Below, one piece after another: positions 29,346 to 38,929 of a DNA stretch of 64,000 nucleotides. Position 1 is the stretch's first letter. Every line of letters starts with the position of its first letter. The notes under the pieces were generated by a model. It saw only the letters and a list, made by a program, of their open reading frames with translations, was not told the DNA's origin and ran no database searches. The DNA is taken from NCBI GenBank assembly GCA_963838925.1, contig CAWISW010000002.1:192001-256000 (forward strand). Direction: 5' to 3'. The position numbers and the translations under genes are program-made. The stretch is from an uncultured Nitrososphaerota archaeon (lineage in GTDB: Archaea; Thermoproteota; Nitrososphaeria; Nitrososphaerales; Gagatemarchaeaceae).

Positions 29346-29366
29346 GGCCTGTTCTCTCCTGCGCTG

Positions 29367-30884
29367 TCAAGCATTTGAAAGGAACCTCTCCCTTTGCATC
29401 TTGCCGCTGGCGATTGACGCCAGGGCGACGACCGCCAGAATCATGGCGGCAGAGGCGCCGCCGACGACGTACAGGATGTGTCCAGATCCGGGGCCGACCG
29501 CCAATAATAGGACTACGAGCACTGGCGCTATCCCCAATAGCGGCGCTATCCCGACAGGGCTGTTTACCCCGGGGCGGCGCGCGGTGAGCTGGGACCATAT
29601 CATCCCCGTCATGCTCATGAGCATCGCAGCCGCGTAGCTGAGAGGTATCGTGTAGAATAGAACCAGCTCACCGAACGCGACCGAGAGCGCGCCTGCGTTC
29701 GTGAAGGCGAGGACGCCGACAGAAAGGATGAGCGAGACCGCGAGGACCAAGGTGACGAGGCCCATCGTAGCGGCGATTATCGACCAGAAGATGGTGGAGA
29801 CGTCCACCCCATAGGCGAGCATGTACTCGTAGACTCCCTTGTCCTTGTCGCTAGCGAATATCATGAGGGCCCCGCTCGCCCCAAGCACAACGAACACAGG
29901 CAGGAGAAGAGGATAGATCTGGGAGACTATCGGTCCGACGGGTGTACTTGCCGCGCTCGTTGAGCTCCCAGCCACCGAGAGCTCTGCGATGAAGAGCAGC
30001 GGGAGGACCATGCCCATGGCCACGTAGATCTTGCCGAAGTTGAAGGCCCGCCTGAAATTCGTGGAGATAAGGGCCCCGAGACGCGCGCTCCCTTCCACAG
30101 GAGGAGGGCTCGCGAAGTTGGAGCTCGCCCTCCTGTACTCGCCGCGGGTGACCGTCAAGGCAACGCCGACGGAGGCCAGGCCAAGCGCGAAGATGAACCC
30201 TTCGAAGACCCCCAGGCTGAACGAGCTATCGAACGGGACGAAGAAGTCGACGAGACCCATCGGCAGGGCGCATAACAGGAAGACTCTCTTCTTGTAGACC
30301 GCGGCGAGCACGCAGAGGTATCCCCAGGAGAAGTGGATGAGGAGCGAAGACACCCTCTCGAGGACCTGGTAGCCCACGAGGGGCAGCGCGCTTGATGTCG
30401 AGTAGAAGAGCGAGGGCGCGTCTTGGCTGAGAGTGGTGAAAAGCTGCTGGGCGGCGGCCCCTGACCCCGAGAGTGTCGAATAGTAGATCGCGTACTCGAT
30501 TGAAGCCAAACCAGCAACGAGCACCGCGTTCTCCCAAAGGGCCAAGCTGATTCCGTACCCTTCAGCGTCGTTAGCCCGGAGGAGGCCGTGAGAGACGGCG
30601 TATCTAGCGAAGAGATAGGCGAACCCCACCTCCACGAACATCGTCTGCAAACCAAAGTAGGGGCCGAGCACCCAGGGGTTCCCGCCAACCGCCGAGTCGA
30701 GCGGCCCGTAGGTGAGGGCCTGGATCAAGGCCTTCGTGCCGATAGCCCCGAAGTAAGCTACCACCGAAAAGAGGATGACCCAAGCGGTGAGCCTCCTTCG
30801 CCAATGCCAATAGGCGACAAGACCGAGGCTGAACGCGACTATGACCAGCGGGCCTATGAAGTAGACCGGGTCTATGTCTTGCAA
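29367..30884 (-). CDS. YhfC-like intramembrane metalloprotease domain fused to an ABC-2-type permease
   Basis: N-half: F.EVG, LALWEN, LERVSSLLIH. C-half: six-TM permease with DKDKGVYEYMLA.G. Confidence 0.7.
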   Translation of the reverse strand: MQDIDPVYFIGPLVIVAFSLGLVAYWHWRRRLTAWVILFSVVAYFGAIGTKALIQALTYGPLDSAVGGNPWVLGPYFGLQTMFVEVGFAYLFARYAVSHGLLRANDAEGYGISLALWENAVLVAGLASIEYAIYYSTLSGSGAAAQQLFTTLSQDAPSLFYSTSSALPLVGYQVLERVSSLLIHFSWGYLCVLAAVYKKRVFLLCALPMGLVDFFVPFDSSFSLGVFEGFIFALGLASVGVALTVTRGEYRRASSNFASPPPVEGSARLGALISTNFRRAFNFGKIYVAMGMVLPLLFIAELSVAGSSTSAASTPVGPIVSQIYPLLLPVFVVLGASGALMIFASDKDKGVYEYMLAYGVDVSTIFWSIIAATMGLVTLVLAVSLILSVGVLAFTNAGALSVAFGELVLFYTIPLSYAAAMLMSMTGMIWSQLTARRPGVNSPVGIAPLLGIAPVLVVLLLAVGPGSGHILYVVGGASAAMILAVVALASIASGKMQRERFLSNA

Positions 30885-30905
30885 CTCATCGTCCCCGAAT
30901 GCGGA

Positions 30906-31586
30906 TTACGCGACAGTTGCGCTCGAGCCCGGAGCGGCGCCTGGCTGACCCTTGCCGTCGGCCTTTCGGGCGAGGTACTCGCCCGTGATCGAGCCGGTCT
31001 CGCTCTTGGACAGCTTGTTGTATAGCCTCTCGAAGAAGAAGAAAAAGTCCTCGGCAGCGTATTTCTTGCGCATCCCGAGAATGAAGGGCTTTGTGGCATC
31101 CCACGCTGTCTTCGTGGCGAACATGTCGTCCACGATCTCTGCCTTGACGTATCCCTTCTCGACGAGGAACCCGAGCGACTCGAAGAGCGACGCTATCTGG
31201 TAGAACGCGAGCTGCCTCTCCTCAGGGAGCTTCTCAAAGTCATCCAGCGTGGCGACGCCTGCCCGGATGACGGTCACGAACGACCTTTGGACCTCCATGC
31301 TGTCGGCGAACTCGTACATCCTCATCACAAGGTCCATCGTCGCGAGCTCGTTGTTCTGGACGAACTGCTTCATGGTGAGCCTCGCCTGCTCGGCGTTTGC
31401 GTCCGCCGCCCTCATCTGGGCCTGAAGCATCTCCTTGTCCTGCCTTATCTGGTAGACGACGAATACCGCTCCGAGTATGATTGCGATGGAGCTCAGTATC
31501 GAAGTGTCGGTGGCGATCGCTCCGACGTCAACCTGGAGCGGTGAGAGGAGCATCACTCGTCGTAGGCTCGGCGCCGCCGATTCCAT
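30906..31586 (-). CDS. Membrane-anchored DUF4760-like hypothetical protein
   Basis: N-terminal TM ending VYQIR; FESLGFLVEKG motif; FE.LY C-terminal part. Confidence 0.6.
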   Translation of the reverse strand: MESAAPSLRRVMLLSPLQVDVGAIATDTSILSSIAIILGAVFVVYQIRQDKEMLQAQMRAADANAEQARLTMKQFVQNNELATMDLVMRMYEFADSMEVQRSFVTVIRAGVATLDDFEKLPEERQLAFYQIASLFESLGFLVEKGYVKAEIVDDMFATKTAWDATKPFILGMRKKYAAEDFFFFFERLYNKLSKSETGSITGEYLARKADGKGQPGAAPGSSATVA

Positions 31587-31667
31587 ATAAGCTCTCTTCG
31601 CCGAATCTTCGATAGAGTCTGTGCCATGGGTGTTGCCTTAAGACACGGTAGGCAGGGGGTGAATTTC

Positions 31668-32402
31668 ATGAGCCTAGGAGCAATCGCCTCCTGTCCCGCC
31701 GCTTGCGGGTGCACCGAGAAGTATTGTGGAAACTGTCATACTCCCAGTGAATGCTCGAACTGTTCTTCGTGTTGCTGCACTCCGACCCATCAATCGTGGA
31801 GGCGAATGCGGATAGGGACGGGCATCAAGGTCGAGTACTTCAGCTCGGCGTGGATGATTGTTGAGGCCTTGGGTTCAGTAGGATTAGGCTTGATGGCGGG
31901 GAGCTTCGCCCTGCTGGCATTCGGAGGCGACAGCATCGTGGAGCTCGTCTCAGGTTTTGCGGTACTGAGTCATCTTCGGAAAGATGCGACCACCACCGAA
32001 ATCAAGACCAGACGGACGGAATCGCTGACCACTGGGTTGCTCTTCGCTCTGATTCCTGTCATTGGCTTGGGCGCCGTCTATTCGTACGCCTCTGGGCTGA
32101 GACCAGAAGGCTCTCCTCTGGGAATCGCAATAGCGATAGGGGCAGTAATAGTGATGCCCTACCTCTGGTGGCAGAAGAGGAGGATAGGCAAGGAGACGAG
32201 GAGCATGACTCTGTCAATCGACGCCGTGGAGTCGGCGACCTGCCTCTTCATGTCGATTGCTCTTCTGGGCGGCCTTCTGGCCGAGTACTTCTTTGGGCTC
32301 TGGTGGGCTGACTACCTCGCCACCGCGGTGATAGTAGGATTCGTGACAAGAGAAGCGCTCGAGTCCTACCACGAGCTGAAGGATGAAGGTATGCCAGCGT
32401 AA
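31668..32402 (+). CDS. CDF-related cation transporter with a Cys-rich N-terminal extension
   Basis: S.ALLAFGGDS.VEL.S, DA.ES..C, WWAD; GGGGTGA RBS before ATG 31668. Confidence 0.8.
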   Translation: MSLGAIASCPAACGCTEKYCGNCHTPSECSNCSSCCCTPTHQSWRRMRIGTGIKVEYFSSAWMIVEALGSVGLGLMAGSFALLAFGGDSIVELVSGFAVLSHLRKDATTTEIKTRRTESLTTGLLFALIPVIGLGAVYSYASGLRPEGSPLGIAIAIGAVIVMPYLWWQKRRIGKETRSMTLSIDAVESATCLFMSIALLGGLLAEYFFGLWWADYLATAVIVGFVTREALESYHELKDEGMPA

Positions 32403-32446
32403 ATCAGAGCGACCTCAGAGGCCATTATGCTAATCGCAGCCTGTCA

Positions 32447-33772
32447 TCATACGCTTGTGTAGATCAGAGCAATATTCAGTGCTATTATGGCAGTTCCGAC
32501 GGCCAGTGCCACAATGATCGTCGGATGCCGGTTGACGTACCGGCCCATTACCTTCCTCTTGCTTGTGTACCAGATCAACGGGATCATGGGGAGGGGAATC
32601 AATATGCTCAGGAAGACCTGGCTGTAGAAGAGCAACGCCAACGGGCTGATCCCCAAGAGGATGCAAACCGTTGTGGGGAAGACGTTGATGCCCCTAGTGA
32701 TGATCCGCCGCAGGTATGGGTTCACCTTGATTCCAAGCAGCCCGGTCATCACCTCCTGCCCTGCCAAGGTGCCAACCACGGATGAAGCAATCCCGGAGAA
32801 AAGGAGGGTTATCGCAAAGATTATCGCTGCGGCAGAACCGAATAAAGGCCCCAAGATTTCATACGCTTGACTGATTTGCTGGATGTTTGTGTATCCGAAT
32901 TTGAAGAACGCGGCTGCCCCGACGACCAGGATCGCCACGTTCACGCAACCGGCGATTGCCAAGATGATGATGGTCTCCCGAAGGTGGAGCCCGAGGAGCT
33001 TCCTCTTCGGGCCATGGTCGCTCTCGTTGATTCCCCACCTGCTAAGCTTGACCGAGGTCAGTGAGGAGTGAAGCCAGAGAACGTGAGGCATCACCGTGGC
33101 CCCGACTATCCCAACTACGACGAGGAGAGTACCGCTGGAAATGTTAGGCGAGACCGAACCAATGACAAAAAGGCTGAGATTCGGCCCGACTCTGAAGAGC
33201 TCATAGAGGAAACCTACGGCAATCACCGAGACGAAGACCATGAAGAAGTATTCCACGATGCGGAGGCGATTGTTTGTTAGCGCTAGGAGGATGATGACGT
33301 CGAGGGCTCCGAAGATGCTCGCATAGAGAAGGGGAATCCCGAAGAGGATGTTAAGCGCGATGACGGTCCCCAGATACTCAGCCAAGTCCGTCGAGGCTAT
33401 GGCAATTTCAGCTGCGAGCCAATAAGGGATTGTGCGGCTTCTGGACTTCAGCGAGCCTCGGATCAGCTGGGGAAGGCTCTTCCCGGTCGCGATCCCCAGC
33501 TTTCCCGACAGGTACTGGAGGATCATCGCCATCGCGCTGGCCATCCAGACCGCCCAGATTAGCGCGTAATTGAACTGCGACCCGCCCGCTATGTCCGTCC
33601 CAAAGTTCCCAGGATCTATGTACGCAAGGCTGACTATCAGAGTGGGCCCCAAGTATGTGAAGAAGTCGTGGAGGGAGATATGCGGGTTGTTCTTTCGATG
33701 CTCCGCAACCTCCGGTTTTTGCGCAGCTTCCGGCGGCTTGAGGCTTCTCGCCGGGGGCTCGGGCATCGTCAT
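32447..33772 (-). CDS. mntH: Nramp family divalent metal transporter
   Basis: AYIDPGN, DLAE..G, GATVMPH, GTLAGQ, SQV.LS. Start trimmed to ATG 33772. Confidence 0.95.
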   Translation of the reverse strand: MTMPEPPARSLKPPEAAQKPEVAEHRKNNPHISLHDFFTYLGPTLIVSLAYIDPGNFGTDIAGGSQFNYALIWAVWMASAMAMILQYLSGKLGIATGKSLPQLIRGSLKSRSRTIPYWLAAEIAIASTDLAEYLGTVIALNILFGIPLLYASIFGALDVIILLALTNNRLRIVEYFFMVFVSVIAVGFLYELFRVGPNLSLFVIGSVSPNISSGTLLVVVGIVGATVMPHVLWLHSSLTSVKLSRWGINESDHGPKRKLLGLHLRETIIILAIAGCVNVAILVVGAAAFFKFGYTNIQQISQAYEILGPLFGSAAAIIFAITLLFSGIASSVVGTLAGQEVMTGLLGIKVNPYLRRIITRGINVFPTTVCILLGISPLALLFYSQVFLSILIPLPMIPLIWYTSKRKVMGRYVNRHPTIIVALAVGTAIIALNIALIYTSV

Positions 33773-33803
33773 CAATAATTGGTGAACCTCATTGTATTTA
33801 AAC

Positions 33804-33817
33804 TTAGACGGGTCTAA
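33804..33817. promoter_or_regulatory. Palindrome TTAGAC-GG-GTCTAA, candidate DtxR/MntR operator
   Basis: Abuts the minus-strand TTTAAA box of mntH, between divergent mntH and mntR. Confidence 0.65.
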
Positions 33818-33960
33818 TATTGTTTGACGTCTCGAACTTCCTCGTCGTGCCACACTTCTTTCTAACCGCCTGGGAATCCGGGCTGTTGGAGCTGTTCGAC
33901 TAAACATGAGTTTCCACCAATCCTTTTATCGGAAGAGTATCTTGACAGCGGCCGAAGTCC

Positions 33961-34395
33961 GTGGCGAAAGCCGTCTCCCCGAACAATGCCTCTCCCAGAT
34001 TGGAGGACTATCTCGAAGCCATCTATTCGTTGTTCGAGGAGAAGGGCTACGCAAGCACCGTCGACATCTCCGACCGATTGCAAGTGAAGCCCCCTACCGT
34101 GACCAGCATGGTCCAGAAGCTAGCGAAGAAGGGGTACCTAATCCACGAGCCCTACAGAGGGATGAAGCTGACCGAGAGCGGGGAGAAGCTTGCCAAGTCG
34201 GTGATTTCCAGGCACCAGGTTATCTCGGAGTTCCTCTCGATGATCGGGGTCGGGAGGAGGGTGGCCTACCAAGACACAGAGGGGATTGAGCACCACATCC
34301 AGCCCGTGACCTTCCGCAAGATAGAGCGGCTCGTTGAGTTCCTTCGAAAGAACCCTGACCAGCTGAGCGAAATCCGCGAATACGTGGACAAGTGA
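33961..34395 (+). CDS. mntR: DtxR/MntR family metal-dependent regulator
   Basis: EDYLEAIY, V.PPTVT.M..KL, PYRG..LT, RH, EGIEHH. Confidence 0.9.
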   Translation: MAKAVSPNNASPRLEDYLEAIYSLFEEKGYASTVDISDRLQVKPPTVTSMVQKLAKKGYLIHEPYRGMKLTESGEKLAKSVISRHQVISEFLSMIGVGRRVAYQDTEGIEHHIQPVTFRKIERLVEFLRKNPDQLSEIREYVDK

Positions 34396-34461
34396 CTAGA
34401 CGCAGCGTTCTCTCGGCCCGACCAATCCTTATCTTCGTGCGCGAGACCAGCACAAGATGGA

Positions 34462-34734
34462 TTGAAGTTCCTCAAGATGGAGTACGTCCCGTCCATCGTC
34501 CTGATCCTCGCCGTCGCCCAGATGGCCTCGTTCGCCGACCAGGGGGTGTTCGAGCTCAGCTACGCGGTGGCGGGGCTCTTCAGCCTGGTCTCGCTCGCGA
34601 GCGGCGTGGGGATATTCGTGTATCTGAGGAAGAGGGACGTCACCGCAGCCAGGATCGCGATCACGACCGGAGTACTGTTCTTCATAGTCCTCTTCGCCGC
34701 GGGCGAGTACCTCTTCGCCACGTACTATCCCTAG
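34462..34734 (+). CDS. Small 3-TM membrane protein
   Basis: Three hydrophobic segments, host-like codons. Confidence 0.55.
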   Translation: MKFLKMEYVPSIVLILAVAQMASFADQGVFELSYAVAGLFSLVSLASGVGIFVYLRKRDVTAARIAITTGVLFFIVLFAAGEYLFATYYP

Positions 34735-34771
34735 CGAGCGGCAGCAACCGCCTCTGACGGACTAGGGGCTT

Positions 34772-36352
34772 CTACTTCGCGGGCCTGACCAGGGCTGGAA
34801 GGGGCTTGTGGCTCGTCTGCGCAAGCTTCGTGATGCCCCCGGCGAGGCTCTGGCTCTTGATGCCCTTCGCCTCCAGCGCTTGCGCCGCCCTTAGCGACGT
34901 GTTTCCCGACATGCACACTAGGAGGACGTGCTTCCTCTCTCCCTTTTCCTGCTCTCCGTCAAGGACCGCCAGAAGCCTCTGGGGAACCTCCTGTCCGGTG
35001 ATCAGGCTGACCACGTCTCCCGCCTCTGCGACCCTCACCGACCCCTCTGGGCGCCCGAGCATGCTGGCGATGAGCTTCATCCCTTCCTCGCTGGGCACGT
35101 AGCCCATGTGCGTCCAGACCACGCGGTCGAACCTCCCGGGCCTCGCGATCGCGCTCTCGAGGGTCACCTCGAGGCCCTCCTCCTTCTCCTCCTGGTCGAG
35201 GGCCGACTCGACGATGCGCTTGTACTTCTTCGCCCCGTCGGCGAGTATCACGACGAACCCCCCGTCCATGCCGAAGTTGACCATCTGGACGACGGCATAG
35301 AGCCCGAGCGCGCTGCTCTCGCCGATGTCGACACTCCTCCTCACGAGGAAGCTGAAGAGCCTCTTTGCCTGCTCGAAGTCGACTTCGTGCTCTCCGGCGT
35401 ACATCTGCGGCTCGTAGAACTTGAGCCCCGCCGCCTTGCCCTTTGTGCGAATACCCGCAACGTCGCGCCCCTCCGGCGGGAAGACCGCGTGCACGACCTT
35501 CCTCCCCCCGTACTTCCCCTGCACGTACCTGCTCAGCCCCCCCGACGTGCCGCCCGTCCCGAATGTGCAGACGATGTGAAAGTCACCGAGCGACTGCCCT
35601 AGCTCGTGAAGCTGTTGGTCTATCTCGGGGCCTGTCACCATGGCGTGCGCGTTCACGTTCTGCTCGTTGTCGTACTGCTCCGGGCAGTACCCGCCGTACG
35701 CCTCCGCAAACACCTTCGCCAGGTTGATCACGTCCTGCCTCGCCAGCAGCTCCTCGACCTTGGAGCGGGATGCGTCGAAGACCGCCGTGTCGAGGCCTAT
35801 CTCCGCGAACCTCTCCCTCATGTTCGTGGCCACGACCTTCGCGAGGAGCATGTTGGGGTCCATCTGCATCCCGGGAGCGGGGCAAACGTCGACGTCCAGG
35901 TCCACCGTCTTGACGTTGCTCCTGTCCAGCTCCTCAAGGACGCCCTCCTGCAGCTTCCTGGAGACCAGAACCACCACCTTGATCCCGAGGTTCCCGAGCT
36001 GCCCCAGGGCGATCCCGAAGTTGCCCGAGGTCGCCTCGAACACCACCATCCCCCGCCTGAGCTCGCCGGACATTATCGCCTCGTGCACGATCTGAGCCGC
36101 CGCCCTGCTCTTGACCGAGCCGCCTAGGAGAGGAGCCTCCAGCTTTCCGAACACAACAAAGTCCCTCTTCGAAAAGTCCAGACCGTACTCCTGGCTCGCG
36201 CAGTCTTTGATCGCCTCGGTGAGGTCGAGAAGCGGCGTCGGGTTCGCTATCCTGCCGCCTTCGACGTGAGGGATCTTGGCCAGAATCTCCTTCTCGAACG
36301 CTCGGAGGAGTTCAATGTCGACTCCGGTGCCAGGGTTAGCGCGCGCCTGCAA
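34772..36352 (-). CDS. PLP-dependent cysteine-synthase-family enzyme with C-terminal rhodanese-like domain
   Basis: TPL, GSVK.R, EATSGNFG, QY.N..N..AH, GTGGT; C-terminal LLVCMSGNTS...SL.GGI. Confidence 0.85.
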   Translation of the reverse strand: MQARANPGTGVDIELLRAFEKEILAKIPHVEGGRIANPTPLLDLTEAIKDCASQEYGLDFSKRDFVVFGKLEAPLLGGSVKSRAAAQIVHEAIMSGELRRGMVVFEATSGNFGIALGQLGNLGIKVVVLVSRKLQEGVLEELDRSNVKTVDLDVDVCPAPGMQMDPNMLLAKVVATNMRERFAEIGLDTAVFDASRSKVEELLARQDVINLAKVFAEAYGGYCPEQYDNEQNVNAHAMVTGPEIDQQLHELGQSLGDFHIVCTFGTGGTSGGLSRYVQGKYGGRKVVHAVFPPEGRDVAGIRTKGKAAGLKFYEPQMYAGEHEVDFEQAKRLFSFLVRRSVDIGESSALGLYAVVQMVNFGMDGGFVVILADGAKKYKRIVESALDQEEKEEGLEVTLESAIARPGRFDRVVWTHMGYVPSEEGMKLIASMLGRPEGSVRVAEAGDVVSLITGQEVPQRLLAVLDGEQEKGERKHVLLVCMSGNTSLRAAQALEAKGIKSQSLAGGITKLAQTSHKPLPALVRPAK

Positions 36353-36520
36353 TTTCTTGACTTTCGCTTTGCCGCCACAATATAAGCCCAGTGATTTCTT
36401 GTGGGCTTGGCGGCAATCTTTTCCTGTCCCGCGTCCGTCGGCAGTCCGTCAGCGCGGGCCGCGTCCCGTGAACGCTTCAACGAACTGGTTTTCTCACGAA
36501 ACGAGGGCGGTCGGATAGAA

Positions 36521-36550
36521 TTAAATACAAACTTAACCTAACTAGTTAGG
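36521..36550 (+). promoter_or_regulatory. CIS operon promoter: TATA (TTAAATA) plus perfect 14-bp palindrome CCTAACTAGTTAGG
   Basis: TTAAATA at 36521-36527; palindrome at 36537-36550, 1 nt before the sheath ATG. Confidence 0.65.
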
Positions 36551-36551
36551 C

Positions 36552-37904
36552 ATGGCAAGGGTTATTCCAGGCGTCGAAATCAAAGTCGTCAAAGAAATCG
36601 TCCCACAGCAGCTCTACCCATCGGGCGTTGTCGGGATGATCGGCACAGCTGAGGGCGGGCCCATCCTGAAGCCCACCGGGGTCACGAGCTACAGGGAGCT
36701 CGTATCGATATTCGGGGGCGAGTCCGGTTCGCTCGTACGCGACGCGAAGCTTGCCTTCCTCAACGGAGTCTTCCAGGTCTACGCGACGCGCATCGAAGGC
36801 ACGGGCGGGACCATGGCCACCGCGAGCCTCCAGGGCGCACGGAGGAGGAACGTCGTGAGGCTCACCTCGAAGCTCTCGGGCGAGGCCGGGAACGAGACCG
36901 AGGTCATCGTGATGCGCGGGCAGAGCGAGAACACGGTACGCCTGGAGATAACCAACGACAAGATGCAGGAGACTTTCGATAACCTCACGATGCAGTCCGG
37001 GACGGAGCTCTTCCTTCCAGACTTTCTGAACGCAAACTCGAAGATAGTCGCGGCTGAGGACCTGAAGGCGAGCCTGGAGTTCCCAGACAGCAACCCCGTC
37101 GACGCCGAGATCCAGCTCGCAGGCGGAGCCTCGCAGCCGCCGACCAAGGACGACTACCAGAAGGCACTCGAGATGCTCGAGATGGAGCCGGAGGTAGACA
37201 GCGTGTATGCCTGCGACTCTTGGGACCCCGCGGTCCACGCCCTCGTCGATGCCCACTGCAAGAACATGAGCACCGACTGCAAGAACAGGATCGGGTTCGG
37301 GACGGTCGCCCCCAACGAGTCAGTCGAAGACATCCTCAAGAGGGTAGACGTCCTCGCGAGCGACAGGTTCGTCCTCACAGCTCCCTATGGGATCGGGGGC
37401 GCGGTGGCCGGGCTCATAAGCAAGCTTAGCTACTGGGAGTCGCCCACGTTCAAGGCGCTCACAGGGATAGCCAACATCGAGCACAGGTACACCCCCTCGG
37501 AGCAGATGAAACTCCTCTCCAACGGCATCTTGCCGGTTGACGCGGTGAGGGGCAGGGGGCTGATAGTGGTCAAGGGCATCACGTCCAGTAAAGAGCAGAT
37601 CAGCGTGATGAGGGTGGCGGACCACGCGGTGCGCGGCGTCAAGAACGTGGCAGACAACTTCATCGGGACGCTCAACAACGACAGGGGAAGGACGGCCCTG
37701 AGGGAAGGCCTCGCGGGCTTCCTGACAGGGATGTCCAAAGAAGGCTCGCTCGTCCCAAGCGTGGACGGGAAGAACCCGCCGTTCCTGGTCGACGTCTACT
37801 CCTCCCAGGAGGACTTCGCCCAGGGCATAGTGCGCGCGGACGTGGCGGTGAGGCCGGTGAGGGCGATGGATTATATCTACGCCACACTGACGGTGGAGGC
37901 ATAA
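36552..37904 (+). CDS. Contractile tail sheath protein
   Basis: N-terminal IPGV.I; G..G.A..GP...PT.V.S..E....FG; C-terminal RVAD, IG..N....R, V.PV....YI. Confidence 0.92.
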   Translation: MARVIPGVEIKVVKEIVPQQLYPSGVVGMIGTAEGGPILKPTGVTSYRELVSIFGGESGSLVRDAKLAFLNGVFQVYATRIEGTGGTMATASLQGARRRNVVRLTSKLSGEAGNETEVIVMRGQSENTVRLEITNDKMQETFDNLTMQSGTELFLPDFLNANSKIVAAEDLKASLEFPDSNPVDAEIQLAGGASQPPTKDDYQKALEMLEMEPEVDSVYACDSWDPAVHALVDAHCKNMSTDCKNRIGFGTVAPNESVEDILKRVDVLASDRFVLTAPYGIGGAVAGLISKLSYWESPTFKALTGIANIEHRYTPSEQMKLLSNGILPVDAVRGRGLIVVKGITSSKEQISVMRVADHAVRGVKNVADNFIGTLNNDRGRTALREGLAGFLTGMSKEGSLVPSVDGKNPPFLVDVYSSQEDFAQGIVRADVAVRPVRAMDYIYATLTVEA

Positions 37905-37913
37905 AGGGGGTAG

Positions 37914-38321
37914 ATGGAGATGTCCACACTAGTAGCGGCGAACGCCAGCCAGATCACCATCGACGGGAAGACGGTGCCAGGGATCCAGTCCATCGACTTC
38001 AAGATAGCGAGGAACAGGCAGAACATCCACGCCATCAGCACCGAGGAGCGCCTCGGCGCCTACTATGGCGCCCTGTTCGTCCAGGGCTCGATGAAGATAA
38101 AGTCCAACTACGACCCGTTGGACAAGAAGATGTACGAGACCATCCCCGCGCTCAAGTTCTTCCAGGTCGTGGTCCAGCTTCAGCCTCAGGCCGTGACCAG
38201 CCCCACCAAGAAGATCACCTTCGACGAGTGCATCCTCGAGGACAAGACCTTCGCGATGGACGCGACCGGCGTCGGGATGACGACGTACAACTTCACAGCC
38301 ACTAGAATCCGCGAAGAGTAG
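37914..38321 (+). CDS. Tail tube protein
   Basis: 135-aa beta-rich protein directly after the sheath (I.IDG..V..IQS.DF, final Y.F.A). Confidence 0.8.
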   Translation: MEMSTLVAANASQITIDGKTVPGIQSIDFKIARNRQNIHAISTEERLGAYYGALFVQGSMKIKSNYDPLDKKMYETIPALKFFQVVVQLQPQAVTSPTKKITFDECILEDKTFAMDATGVGMTTYNFTATRIREE

Positions 38322-38329
38322 GCTGAGCT

Positions 38330-38701
38330 TTGGCGGATAGAAAGCTCACCAAGGAGGACATACTCGAGGGCTCCCGGAAACGGGAGACCGTCTTTGTCAA
38401 GGAGTATGGCGCCAACGTGGTGGTGAGGCCCCTCACCGACGGTGAGCTTTCGAAGATCTTTTCCATCATCGGGCCCGTCCCTCTCAACCCGGACGGGACG
38501 CCCGACCTCCGCAAGATAGAGATCGACAAGAACTTCGAGGCCCTGCGCCTGGCGACCGAGCTGGGCCTGATAGAGCCCAAGCTGGACGGAATGGGCGTAT
38601 CGGACATGAAGTTCGGGGTCCCCGAGTTCATCGGGATGAAGATCCTCGAGCTGAGCGGGGTCGCTCCGGCGGAGCAGGCTAAAAAAAAAGGCGTGAAGTA
38701 G
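38330..38701 (+). CDS. Tail assembly chaperone (G)
   Basis: LT.EDIL, V.VRPLT..E, I.ELSG, ending in KKK encoded by an A9 run; follows the tube gene. Confidence 0.8.
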   Translation: MADRKLTKEDILEGSRKRETVFVKEYGANVVVRPLTDGELSKIFSIIGPVPLNPDGTPDLRKIEIDKNFEALRLATELGLIEPKLDGMGVSDMKFGVPEFIGMKILELSGVAPAEQAKKKGVK

Positions 38702-38922
38702 AGGACTTCGCCCGAAGCCCGGAAGGGATTGAGTTGGCGACGCTGTGCATCGACCTCGGATACAAGCTCGCCCCCGAGGCCCGCGACCTCACGCGGATGC
38801 AGATCAACTTCCTCATGGCCGTGCTCGCGACGCGGGCGGAGTCGGCAGCGGTGGCGGACCTCGCAGAGCAAGGAGTCACGAGGATAGTGTTCAGGGACGA
38901 CGCCACGGAAGGCGGGAGTTGA
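38683..38922 (+). CDS. Tail assembly chaperone frameshift extension (T), -1 frame
   Basis: -1 frame is open from 38683 (KKRREVEDFARSPEGIELATLC...DLTRMQINFL). Confidence 0.7.
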   Translation, partial: KKRREVEDFARSPEGIELATLCIDLGYKLAPEARDLTRMQINFLMAVLATRAESAAVADLAEQGVTRIVFRDDATEGGS

Positions 38923-38929
38923 CACCTGA

